A stretch of 64,000 bases of DNA from Glaucostegus cemiculus (Eukaryota), in NCBI GenBank assembly GCA_976551045.1, contig CDPCPM010000050.1, forward strand, positions 12,524,001 through 12,588,000. The letters run 5' to 3'. The position numbers were made by a program, and so were the translations under genes. Positions 39,751 through 51,826 of this stretch are shown piece after piece (positions within the stretch are counted from its first letter, which is position 1; each line of letters begins with the position of its first letter). The notes under the pieces are model-generated. The model was given only the letters and a program-made list of their open reading frames with translations, was not told where the DNA came from and did not search any database.

Positions 39751-41254
39751 GCATATAATGGTATTGCATCTGATTTGCAGATCAGCAAAGAAAAATTCTG
39801 CTTAACTTATAAACTTTAATCATCCTTTTACTTGCTCAATGTGCTCCATAATCTGAAACAAATTGATTAGCAATGGCAGTTTGTCATAACTTGTATTAAA
39901 TCTGTGATAAAGAAGAATGGCTTAACTAATCATTTTGTATGCACTGACCATACATAAGCAAGATCTCTTGTTGGCTCATGGTCTGTGTTTAGGTATGTTG
40001 ATTCTGCTAAGGGGTGGTATTATGTAGGCTTTGTAACCTTGATTAAGGAGTGGAGAAATCTATGTGGATTCATACTTTTGATCAAATTTTCCCTGGATCT
40101 TTCCACCCAATAGAGCATTCTGAATTTTCTCATGCATAACCAAGCAACAAGGTTTCACTATCCCCAAGTGACGCAGATTCCTACAGCAGAGTAAAGGAAT
40201 ATCACATGTCTTTAATAAAATATAAAAGTCACAGCAGAACTGACAATTTGGCAATTATTGATCTCAAATAATTAAGGAAATCTATTCAGCTTTCAGGGCT
40301 ACACTGACACTAAATGGTTCTTTTACAGAATCAAGAATAAAATTACCTTTTGATAGACTCCAGTTTACATTAAGATAGGCAGTCAGTTTTAGTACCACTT
40401 GCTCTTCATGAAACTGCATATTGATTGAAGCAAATCTATCTTTCAGCAGAGAGATGCCTAGAAATTGGATTTCACTTATTCTTGGTGTGCTAAAACAGCA
40501 CTGCTTTTAGCAGTAGCACCAAATCAGCTTCCCTCAATTGTGAAATTGGTCAGAAAAGATGTTTGAACAACCAGGAAAAGTGCAAAAGCCAGACCTGCAT
40601 GCTTTCCAACAGGATTACCCTAATTTTGTTATAGTTTATGATGCTTTAGCTCACTCCCCATTGTATCGAGGCCATATCACAGTAATGGCTGCCACGGAGA
40701 AGAAAGGTTGCAGGGGAGTGGAAGGGGTGCGCAGGGAGGAACATTAAATTCCTGGTGCATGAAATGCATGCCAGGAGGGAGCTCTTGTTTGCCAGGAAGA
40801 GGACGTGAAACTTGGCAGAGTTTGAAGGAAGGAAGTAGCTGCAGTTCTGTTTTCCAGGACTGAGAATCCCATGGAAAAATACTGGATTTATTTCATGATC
40901 TCACAAGATGCGTCCAGCTGAGTTGCACCCCACCAAGAGTACTATTCTCATACTTGTACAAACTGTTAATCTTCAGGCTGCTATTCTATGCTGACTCTTA
41001 TATACTTCGGCCTTTCCTAGACCACATACCACCCTCTTCCCACCATTGATATACTAACTCCTTACTCCCATGTGGAGGTCAAGCCTACAAAGGGAGAACA
41101 CTGAAAAGATTACTCCAACAGCTGCCTCCTGAGCTTAATCCTAGATGGTGAGAAATGAAAAAGAAGCCACATGCACAATTGGAGAGAGCCCCTTCACAAA
41201 TTCAGCCGTTCTCCTGACAGGGGAAGACCAACCAACTCCTCTTGGTGGATGAGA

Positions 41255-41605
41255 AAGTTAGCTCAGTGGCAGTGCAGCTGTGTCAGAGCTCTTGCATCCC
41301 AGGTTTGACTGACTTCTGGTGCTGTCTGTGTGTACTTTGTACACTCTGCCTGTGATCTGGTGAGGTTTCTCCCTGGTCTTTCAGTTTCCTCTTCCATTCA
41401 AAAGAAATGATGGTGGTTAATGAATTGTTTGCTGTAAATTGACCCCAGTTGTAGGTGGGCGGTAAGAGAATTGAGGAGATAATGGGCACATGCGAAAGCG
41501 AATAGGTCACAGAGAAATAAATGGGGGCAATGTATTGATGAGAATGCCCAGAGAGCTGGCATAGAATTGATGGGCTGAATGGCCTCCTCCTATATCATAG
41601 GGAAA
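41255..41605 (+). mobile_element. Older V-SINE-like element
   Basis: agctcagtggc head, gctgtctgtgtgtactttgtacactct core, gggctgaatggcctcctcc tail. Confidence 0.7.
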
Positions 41606-44600
41606 GTATGGTTGGAGGGACACACGAGACTGCAGATGATGGAATCAGGAACAAAGCACAAACTGGTGGAGCTCAGCGGGTCGAACAGTATCTGTGGAGT
41701 CAAGGGGGTGGTTGGCATTTCAGGTTGAGTCCTGCATCAGGTTTTCTCTGAAATAAAAGTATTTGAAATCATTACTTCATAAGTCAAGTGCTGGTATGAC
41801 CTCTCTGAAGCAGTGGTAAGCAGCAAATTAGGAAACATGCCAGAGATATTCTGTGGCCTCTTGGATTGATCATTATTGAGGAAACTGAGAGACAGTGTAA
41901 CCTTGATCTCCACAGAAAGTCTTTCCACAGAATGTCACAAATATCAGCGATGACAGTCTTGGAAAACCTGAGCCACCAATGTATTGTTCATCAGGGAGGG
42001 ACGGGTTGGATGTGGTGTCACTTAAGACTGTCTGGCTCTTTGATGATTGACGTGTTTGTGCCCAAGGTTCTGAACTAACCAGGCCATAACAATGGAGTGC
42101 TGCCAGCTGAGTGACTTTCATGGAGTGAACATTTCAGCAGCTGTTCAATTAGCATCCAAAATAAACAGGCTGTATAGTATCCAGATTTCAGGCAAATGTT
42201 TGGTTGTACATTCCACATTGGTTAGCAGCTACAGAATATTAATGTAACTACTTCCACAGGGCAGAGGAAGGCATTAAAGGCTTTTTCCTCTGTCTTGAAC
42301 AGACCTATTGAACAATTATGGGAAATAATAGTCATTATATACTATTTTTGGAAAGCCAGCTATTGCAGTAAAAAGCTTTTGACAATCTAGTGATCACTTT
42401 AGACAGCCATGCAGACTGAGACACGTTTGTTAATCGGTTCATGAATTTATAGTGTGCAATGTTGACAATTGCAGTAGTAGGATCCTTGAAGATGATGCAG
42501 TTTGAATCATTAACTCAGGAAAAAGACACGGAAGCTACAAGGAAAATATTGTATATATCCCCCACCCCCAACCCCACCAAGAAGGACATATGATTTTAGT
42601 GCATGATTCACCCACACCGGTTTATTTGTGTGCTAATAGTATGTTAAATTTGTGTTAGCTGCAAAAGGGGACCTGATTTTTGAGTTGCAAGTGCTACTTA
42701 AATGCAGAGTGCACCTTTTAAAGGTAGGTGAATGATGGCTGCAAGGGAGCTTCCTCAGATCAGAGAAATAGGCAATGATACTTCAAGAATTCCATATGTC
42801 GATGAGGTAGTGATTGTCAAAGTTTTCAGAGTGCTTGCTGCCCAGTAGCCACCATGTGACTTGCTGTCAAATTCCAAATGCAGAGGACTACTACAGACTG
42901 AAGGACTCATGATTACTTCCAGGATAATAGCATTTCACCTGCTTGATTTGTAGCTTGTTGCATACTAGCTACTCACTGAGAGCAGATTCCCTTTCAGTTC
43001 TCAAACTGATGATTTCAGTTAAGGTTTATGTAAGATTTTAAGATACCTACAATCAATGCAAACCATCGTGTTTTCTCTGCCTGTTTGTCTTTGGCAGCAG
43101 CCAACAGGATGAAGTTTTCTCCACATACACAGTGCCCTCCGTAAATGCAGCAGTGACCTACAGCTCTCGGATGTTGCTTTGATCTTCAGCAGCATTCTTG
43201 GGGAAGACTGATGCATAAAAGTTGAGAGTCATGGTCACCAAGATCTAAGTAACATCTTGGATCTGGCAGTGCACTGCTGAATTTGAGGAGGGCACTCACA
43301 GACAATGCCATCCGTGTCCTTGTTTAATGTTTTATTTAACTGCAGCAGGTGCAAGATTTCAGTGACTACTTTTTTTGCGAAAAGGAAGCCATTCAAGTCT
43401 TTGCACTTGCTTGAAGGTAAGACCATTTTTATTTCTTTCTGCCTCCGGACTGAGGTGCCAGCTGAAGCTCTGCCTGCCCCCTGTCCTGTCTCCCATCACC
43501 CCCACGCCCTTAATTTTCAAGCAGTTTCACCTGCTCTGACCTCTCTTCATTCTCAAAGTCACGCTCAATTCCCTGAGAAAACCCCATCTCAGCACCCGTG
43601 CCTGCAAACAACTTGTTTCAGCGAAGGTTTTAAATTTTAAAAAAAGTAATTCAGTCCTAGCCTGATCATGCAGATTCTCAAACTTTAGTATAGAACAGCC
43701 TCAAAAATGGGTTCAATGCACTAGCACCCACAAGATATAATCGAGCAACTGTCCTATAAATACTTCATGATCTTTTTGAAGAATGCAGCAAGGGTCCTTT
43801 ATTTCACTTAATATAGTGTGCAGTAGAACAGGTTTAAAGCACATTGGAGGCTGATGTAGGATATTTCTTATTAAGCTATGCCCAGGTATGTTTTCCTAAA
43901 AAAAATACTTAAATACTGAACATTTATTTCAAAGGATTTTTTCTTATTTTCAACTCTTACCTTTCATTTCCTTGATGATCTAAATTATGGCTTGAAATAT
44001 GATAAGTAACAATTCCCTTTCCTACTGTTATGTGGAGGGGAACATTCCAGACACACAAACACAACTGCAAACTTGAATATCCATTTGAAGACACGAGATG
44101 TTGGAGTAACAGGCTAGTGGATAATTACCTCCTTGACTAGCACTATGTCAGAATAAATCAATGTGAAACTGACATAAATAGTTAGAATTAAGTCATCAAG
44201 TATCCTGCACAGGGGAATTCGTTTCCCATCTGCAATAAAGGGAAAGTCGTACTTTAACATTTGGTTGCCAAGTTTTAAGACAACATTTTATTGATGAACC
44301 AGTCACAGGGGATTGACTTCCACACCTGACAAAAAGTTGATTTCGGCTAACCAGCCCTGTAAACTAATGCAGTCAGATCTCCATTAAGTGAATAACCAGC
44401 TGTTGGAAAATTATATTTTGCTAACATAAGAACTTTCTTACAAATCATACTGAATAGTTTTTTTCTGCAGAGATTTGTAGTTTAAAAACTTGAATGTAAC
44501 AAGTGGCAAACAAAACCATGAAACAGTTGATATGGTTTCTACCAAACACAAGACAGTTCATGCAGGACCAAATGAAACTTAACGTGGCATAGAATGCAGA

Positions 44601-46083
44601 TTGAAACTAGTTCAGTTTCTTAATTTTTGCAGTCTGCTGAAAAGAATGAAATGGTATTATTGTAATTGGACCTATTATATTTCATTCATACAAATCAACA
44701 ATCATGACATCTCCAAAGACTTGAGATGTATAATCCAAAGAAAGTGTAATATTGCAAAAGAGAGCATTCTTTTTAATATTGAGTCAATTTTTATTTATCT
44801 ATGTTTTTTGAATTCATGTATATTTCACAAGCCTGGTAGTAAGATATCTGACGCATTCTATTCATTTTACCTCTTGCGTTCACTGTTATATGTGAATTAC
44901 TTGTGTCACAATGCATTTATCCCTTCCAGTCAGTGGGGGCACTGTAGCACAGCAGAGAGACTGAGAAGGCAGATATCATTGAAGTCTGCCATGTGTAGTT
45001 TACATCACAAATGTAAATATGTGCAACTTTGAGAAGGTAGGTTGGAAGTTGCAAATTCCCTGTATAATGGCTGAATTGGTCAGTGTACAGCTCTACTGAA
45101 AGGAATGCAGTCAAGGGCATTCATATCAAGGGCAGAGTTGCATTGAAAGAGTCTTTAAAGTGTTTCTTCTAGCAGGTATTGACTGTCCCTCTAATCCTGA
45201 TGAGTTCATTCCCGTTTTTGGCTGGACCTCTACCTTCAGGAGCAGGTGATGTGCCTTTACTGTCTCCTGCGGTGCAGATATGAGAGCTATGGTCATTTTA
45301 CCTGTCATCAGCAAGGCATGAGCACCAGTTCCTGCAGGTGACAGATCTACCACCAGTGCTGGTAACCTGCAGTGCCGCTGATCTGCAATGAGACTTGCAC
45401 TTTTATAGTTATCCACTTTGTACTTCCTGGGTACCAATATTCTTGGTGGAGATCTGCTAACAGCAATAAGGACATTGGTAGGTCTGAAGGTGTAGATACT
45501 GATCAAGAGGTAAGCACTAATCTACTCCAAACTTCCTCAAGTTTCTGGAAAGAGTGAACACCATTCCTTTTGAAGAAATGCTTTCACAGAGGCAATAGAG
45601 AAAGCAGCTGTGAAGCTGAATTATTTATTGTGAGATTACATTGTCACCTCCTGAGCTCCTGTATATTGCCAGTTTGCTCTCTCCAGGATTTCACTGATGG
45701 TTTTTGGAGAGCTCAGGAATTCAAAAACCACTGTTATGGCAGCTGCTTATAAATGATTAATGTATTTAAATGATCAACTAGTTGTCTTTTGGGGAGCGGA
45801 AGGTGGGATCTTGATCATTTGCTGCATGCATTTGGATTCAATTTGGAATATTACCACTGCTCTTTACCCTGTCCACTCTCCCCACCCCCAACATCCCTGC
45901 CACCAACTAACACAGTTTCTCACATACACTTGCTCCCTGAACTGCTCAGAATTTTGCAGCAATTTTTTTGGTTTATTTCATATTAACAGATATGGGCTGC
46001 CAATAAAATATATATTTCACTGTTATTTTGTTTATGAACAGACTTCTAAATTGAATTCTAATTGCATTTTCCCTTCCTTACAG

Positions 46084-46134
46084 CTTACTCGACAAAGCAC
46101 TAAATCTCGCGTCACCTTCTTTGAAGAATTGTAG
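46084..46134 (+). pseudogene. NF2: NF2-like terminal exon 17 coding part: LTRQSTKSRVTFFEEL*
   Basis: Matches the isoform-1 terminus LTLQSAKSRVAFFEEL*. Strong polypyrimidine tract plus cAG acceptor; TAG stop. Confidence 0.95.
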
Positions 46135-46734
46135 TTTCAAAACTGCACACCTCACTGCCCTAATTCTGCCCAGGAGTCACTGATTCTGATGAGAAAAATC
46201 AGTTGTGTGTGAATCTTATGCATGGGGATACAAGCTTGAAATGATGGAAAAATATCACTGTTTACTGTTTTCTGGAAGTTTGCTCTGTAGATGTTACTGT
46301 ATTTTACTTAGTCCACCTCTTATTTGATTGACATCAATGTTGTTGCCTGTCATGCACACATGACTGAAGCTACATACACATGCTGATCTTGTTTTCATTT
46401 GCTGCTGATTTTTCACTGCATGTTTATGGGGATTTGTATGCTACAATGAAGTAAAAGGCTGTTTATAAGCAGCCCATTCAGTATAATGCTGTAGGTGAAG
46501 TCTTAATGTCTGCCTTATGGTGCATCCAATCAGTAGAATGCAGCAGGTACATAAACCTTGTTGCACATACATGACATTGTATTTGTATCTTTGCCAGATT
46601 TAGAAATGAAAGTTACAAATGGTTTTTACCACCTAGTACAAAAGAACAAATGATCCCCATTAAAGCAAACTTTTTTAAAGTGAATTTTCATGATAAATTT
46701 TGTAATACGTTTTGATAATCTACAGAGGTAGTGG

Positions 46735-46965
46735 TTATAGGGTAATACAGCAAGCAAACAAGCCCTTCAGCCTTAATCCCATTTTTCTGACAATTAATTT
46801 ACCAACACATTTGCTAGGTGGGTGGAAACTGGAGCTCTGGAAGACCCATAAGCTGTTGTAGGGAGAACATGCAACCTCCACACAGATAGCAGCTGAGGTC
46901 GGTAATGAACCTGAGTTGCTGGGGATGCATGGCTGCAATACTAACCGTTGCAATACTCTGCTGCT
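46735..46965 (-). mobile_element. V-SINE-like element in the putative NF2-like 3' UTR
   Basis: gggagaacatgcaacctccacacagatagc..gaacctgagttgctgg. Confidence 0.7.
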
Positions 46966-47300
46966 CAAATGGTCAGTCAAACAGTTGTTTGATTACAAGC
47001 CATTTTCAAATGAAGCCTCGTGAATGACCTCAACTTCTTGATGTACCTGAAATCAAAATTATTCCACTGTTAGTTAATTTCTTGAAGACTACGAGTTACA
47101 AAATATTCAACCTTACAAAGTTTTACTTAAAAACAAACATGTTTTTTGAACTACCTTTTATATGAAAGGCATTGAATATTTTACATTAAATTATTGTACA
47201 TTCAGATGTAATTCTTATTATAAAAAGCAGGTTTTCTGTAAAGCAAGAATGCCAAACAAAATGAATTGAAAAGTTCACTTGAATTTGATTAAGTCCAGAC

Positions 47301-47306
47301 AATAAA
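47301..47306 (+). promoter_or_regulatory. Candidate polyadenylation signal AATAAA (alternative ATTAAA at 46659-46664)
   Basis: Hexamers downstream of the exon-17 stop. Position is the only evidence; no transcript data. Confidence 0.25.
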
Positions 47307-48849
47307 AGATAAATATTACATGAGGTTTGCAGCACAGAATGTGGGCCATCTGGCCCAGCTGGTTTGTACTAGTGTATGAATTCTATAGGGGCCTCCTCAC
47401 ACCCAATTACATCTCACCTTATTAGCCTCTCTTTATATTCCATTTTTCCTTATGACATTGCTTCACCTTAAATGCATCTATCCTATTTGTCTCAAGTACA
47501 CTGTGTATGTTGATGGGACCCACCTCTCTTTAACCATACCTTACTTCTCTGCCCCACTGTTTCCAATTTATCTCCTTGTCAGACATCCAGTACTGAATGA
47601 GCAGAAATTGTCTTTAACTCTCTGGAAAATGAACCAGACTGATCACAACTTTGTCATGTTTGGCACTGAGAGGAACCTGTGTGTGTCCAGTAGGATAAAT
47701 TTCTGAAAGCTGCCTACAATAAGATTGTAACCATAATCAAAGTCGCATTGGCAAAATAACATGAGAATATTTATTGCTGTAATACCACATTCAGTGGCAC
47801 TACATAAAAAATGTATTCCTGAAATTGAACAGACTGTATGAAGAATTACATGTGGATTCTAGATGGGGAGATTGTATGAAAGTTTTTTTTTGTCTGAGGT
47901 GTAATTGTGAGGTTACATTTTCTGAAACTGCTAAGCTTTTATTAGTTCTACTGCTAATTTTGTCAGATGTAGATGTTTTGGGACAAGTTAATCTGCACCT
48001 AAAGTGCAAGATTTAAAAAAAAACTTGAGTCGACTACTTCTATCAGTCCATTTTCATAGCAATAAATGGAGCTAGCAATTGCAAGAACAAGTTTCCTTCC
48101 ATTATACTATAAAACTACAGATAAAATCTGAAAGTCTTCCACCAGTCAGTATGGCCACAGCAATTGCTGTTCTGGTGTTTGGTGTAAAATGCCCTGCAGG
48201 AGCTCTTGTGATTAGTATCAGCGATGAAATATCTTCTATAAATTTTTTTGGTTTGTTTCATTCAGACTCCCAGCATGGACTTAAGTGATTAATCATACTG
48301 TGTTCAGGATCATCTGCTTGAATTTAATGATGTATTTGTTGTGAATCTAAAGCTGGTAGCAGAAAACAGACTGATTTCAAGAGAAGTAAAGATCACAAGA
48401 AAATAAATTACATTTGGGCTTTATGCTCTTCCCTTTGCATGTAATTTTGTTCTTGAGAAAATTACAAGTAGGAGCAAGAGGGTCATCTTATTATCTTCAG
48501 AAATACACCCAAGTTACAACTACACCATCACCTGTCCTGGAGAATCAGAATCAGAATCAGTTTTATTGTCACAACCACATACATACAAAGTATGCAGAGG
48601 AGCAATATACCGTCCTCCTCATGGTCTCGTCCCATACAAAAAATGACATAACAACCAACAGAGACACATACACACTTGGCAGAATACATAGTATAGATAA
48701 TTACACCTTAAAAGTTAAGGGGATTGAACTTAAATTCAGGATCGATTTATCGATTTTCACTTACACGTATACATGTGCAAAAGACATCAAAGACAACAAA
48801 GGACACCTGGACAAAAACATCAAAACATTAACAGCCCCCCTGCCTCACC

Positions 48850-49320
48850 CCGCACCGACGACCACCTCCAACCCCCCCAGTCCTACAACCTCAGGGCCCA
48901 CAGACCATCAACAACCCCCGGCCCACAGTCCGACCACCTCCGGCCCACAGTCCGACCACCTCCGGCTCCTTCGCCTCCGGCACCACCTCCAGCCCACAGT
49001 CCGACCACCTCCGGCCCACAGTCCGACCACCTCCGGCCCACAGTCCGACCACCTCCGGCACCTTCGCCTCCGACTCCGCAGTCCGACGACCTCCGGACCC
49101 GAATTCCAGCTCCGCAGTCCGACGACCTCCGACCCGAATTCCGGCCTCGCATTCCGACGACCTCCGGCCCCGAACTCCGGCCTCGCAGTCCGACGACCTC
49201 CGACCCGAATTCCGACTCCGCAGGCCGACCACCTCCGACCCGAATTCCAGCCTCGCAGTCCGACGACCTCCGACCCGAATTCCGACTCCGCAGGCCGACC
49301 ACCTCCGGCCCGAGCAGCCC
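48850..49320 (+). repeat. CpG-rich minisatellite: 22-nt unit gcccacagtccgaccacctccg grading into a ~35-nt unit cgcagtccgacgacctccgacccgaattccggcct
   Basis: Read directly from the sequence. It explains the overlapping long ORFs on both strands. Confidence 0.9.
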
Positions 49321-49553
49321 CCTCACCGCCCGCATCCCGACGCCACCACGAGGCTCCCGGGCCTTCAAGACGCTGCCGCCTCCGACGAGCTCCGACGAGC
49401 CGTCGGAGCCGACAGTGCCGACAACGACTCCATAAAACGGCACACAAACAACAGAACAAAGAACACACAAGAAAAAAACTACAGAAAAGACTAGAAGACT
49501 AACAAAAAAACCCAAGGACTACAGACCTGGGAGAGGCCGCTGCAACCAGGTGC

Positions 49554-49564
49554 GCCGCCATCTT
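49554..49564 (-). promoter_or_regulatory. YY1 consensus site AAGATGGCGGC at the element 5' end
   Basis: Exact match to the YY1 consensus. YY1 sites mark the 5' termini of L1-type internal promoters. Confidence 0.6.
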
Positions 49565-50449
49565 AAAACCTATCACATAAGAAGCTATCACATAATAATG
49601 TGGTTTAATTTTTATGCATCCTATACTTAATTAACTTACTAAATTTCACCCACTTTGCAACTGTGATGTGATATTCAGTCACAATTTCAAACCTAACAAC
49701 ACAATCTTTTGTATAATTGACGAGCAAAAGCTCAGAACAAATAATATTTTAATATTATTTAAGTGACTTGCATGATGGCTGTATCTATTGTAACTATGAA
49801 AATTCATTTCAATCAATGGAAAGAAAATCTCATAATTGAACAAAATACATTCTTGGAACACTTTCTGGGAAGTTGAAAAATACACATTTGGAAAAAAGGA
49901 TAGAATTTGCATAAAAAGCATTTAGATTTGTACTACTTGTGCATTTATTTTACCAGTTAAAGAACTAAACAAAAAATTAGCAGAATGCTTCTGCTAAGCA
50001 GGAATATTAATCCCATGTCTTTCATTACAGTTTTAAGTTTAGCTTCTCGGGTTCTGCTTAAATTTCATTTTCTTCAACCCTCTATGTATTATTAATAACT
50101 GTTAAGTTGTCACAAAATTGCAGTATATTTGCAGAAAAAGATTTGCATTGATTGTCATCTCAGTGTAATTTTGAAACATTGAAAAGTGTTCCATCTTCTT
50201 CAACTGACCCTTGGAATCGAGGGCAACTTGCTTCTACTCTGGTTCTGTGCATGAATTGTTTAAGCTTTTGGTGGCCATTGCCCAGCAGCTATCACACAAA
50301 AGTGACAGTGGCAAAGAGGTCCAAGACAATCGGAGACCTGACTCTACTGCACAGAATGAGCATGTGTGTCTGAGCACATACACATGCTCTGAGCACAGAC
50401 AAATGTCCTCTTGACTGTAGATGCACAATCTTGCCCAAATACTGTGGAA

Positions 50450-50740
50450 CACCTCCTTTGCAATCCCTTCTGTCCTCATCTTCTTCTGTCAGCCCTACCC
50501 TGCCTCAGTCTCCCTATCTCTCTCCCTCTTCCTCTAACTGCTTCCATCGGATTTCCCCTCCCATTGTCCCTCGACCCTGTCCACTCAAGCACCCTCATTC
50601 ACCCGCTTCCCCCCCCCGACTCCTTCCCTCTTTTCCTCACTATTTCCCCTCCACCCTGCCTCATTCTCCAGCTGTTGGCTGCTTGCACTCTTCCAAGAAT
50701 AAGGCTGCCCATCCACCACCCGTGCTCACCCTCTCCATCC
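50450..50740 (+). repeat. CT-rich low-complexity tract
   Basis: Pyrimidine-dominated, imperfect cct/ccc repeats. Confidence 0.6.
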
Positions 50741-51667
50741 CCACTCCTGAGTTTCCAGTTGCACAGACCAGTCCCACCAGGAGCTTGCAGCCGAAGCCAA
50801 TCTCCCAATCTGTTGAAGCCATGGGAAAATCATTGGCATCACATCTAGTGACACTGATTTCAGCACTAAGCTGGGACACAGCACTGTGCAGGGGTGTTGG
50901 AGGGTACTAGTGCATGACTTCCCTACACAGTGGAGGTGGATATCTCACTCACCTGCCATCATCACTCAGCATGCATCCATTTTAAACTTCTGCACTGCTT
51001 CAAATTGCTCTAAACCTTTATGCTGCTGCAAACTCATTATAAAGTCTATTTTAAGGAAAGTATACCCTTTATTGAATTACAAAGGACCCATTTCAAACCA
51101 TTAATCTTATAGGGCCAGCTCCCTAGTGCAACATGAAATAAAGGCTTATGCACAGCTTGAAATCAAGATCTCAATTTGTTGCTTGTCATACTGCATTGCT
51201 TGGTATCAGTTTTAATTTGCAGTTGCTGGATGTGACTTGCGCTTTTCTGGTTATCACCAAGTTCCATGAAACAGTAGAATAATACAGGCCTCTCTGGCCG
51301 ACCCACAAATTGGTTGAGATAGAATAAGGTTCAGTGCTCTGTCATAGCTTGTTTAACTTGCTTATGCCATAATTCCTTTTGAATTGTGAATTTGCACTTT
51401 TATTAACACTGAAAATATTTCAGAAATGTGTGTGAACTGTTGGGACCTAAATTGGTTCTATTTTGAGTGTCTACCATTTGTCAAAACTGGAAGGAAAGTA
51501 TGAAAGCTTTTATATAGATCTTGGGATAGAATAAAGAGTAACTGGGAAGTCAGCAGGCAGGTTTGCCAAAGTTAACAGGGTTTAACCATTTTGGCAGCTG
51601 CAGAGATTTGTGAATGGAAGAATGAATAAAAAGGAATCTGGCTGCTGGGAGAAGAAGTGAAGCCAAT

Positions 51668-51826
51668 GTGTTTCCTCCCACATTCCAAAGACGTACAGGT
51701 TAGGAAGTTGTGGGCATGCTATGTTGGCACCGGAAGCATGGCGACACTTGCAGGCTGCTACCAGAACACTACGCAAAAAGATGTATTTCACTGTGTGTTT
51801 CGATGTACGAGTGACTAATAAAGATA
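51668..51826 (+). mobile_element. SINE 3' half (V-core with Rex1-type tail)
   Basis: gtttcctcccacattccaaagacgtacagg..tttcactgtgtgtttcgatgtacgagtgactaataaag. Confidence 0.7.

Larger units (their letters stand above)
4750..46134 (+). pseudogene. NF2: Merlin (NF2)-like gene, 3' part (exons equivalent to human 7, 9-15, 17); unprocessed pseudogene; 5' exons not seen, presumably upstream of the window
   Basis: Nine exons found by manual translation match FERM-C, coiled-coil and C-terminal merlin sequence (not ERM) in order, with conserved intron phases and the merlin terminus SRVxFFEEL*. Two TGA stops and five non-canonical splice sites are present. Confidence 0.92.
48541..49564 (-). mobile_element. 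Young non-coding composite retroposon: 5' YY1 motif, CpG-rich VNTR, LINE-like 3' tail(s) ending (TTCTGA)n
   Basis: Minus strand begins AAGATGGCGGCGC (49564); internal tandem repeats follow; a first tail at ~48735-48790 and a second tail ending gtgacaataaaactgattctgattctgattct. Confidence 0.7.

Noticed and set aside
45760-46134. 124-aa ORF as a stand-alone gene
   Set aside because: Only the last 16 aa are merlin exon 17; the rest is intron read-through.
48850-49320. CRISPR-like repeat array
   Set aside because: Eukaryotic context and no unique spacers; these are tandem degenerate units.
48414-49515. Long overlapping ORFs (362, 220, 210, 186 and 113 aa) on both strands
   Set aside because: They result from a stop-poor GC-rich minisatellite; translations are repetitive Pro/Arg/Gly/Ser with no domain.
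50411-50910. 145- and 159-aa ORFs
   Set aside because: CT-rich low-complexity sequence lacking stop codons.
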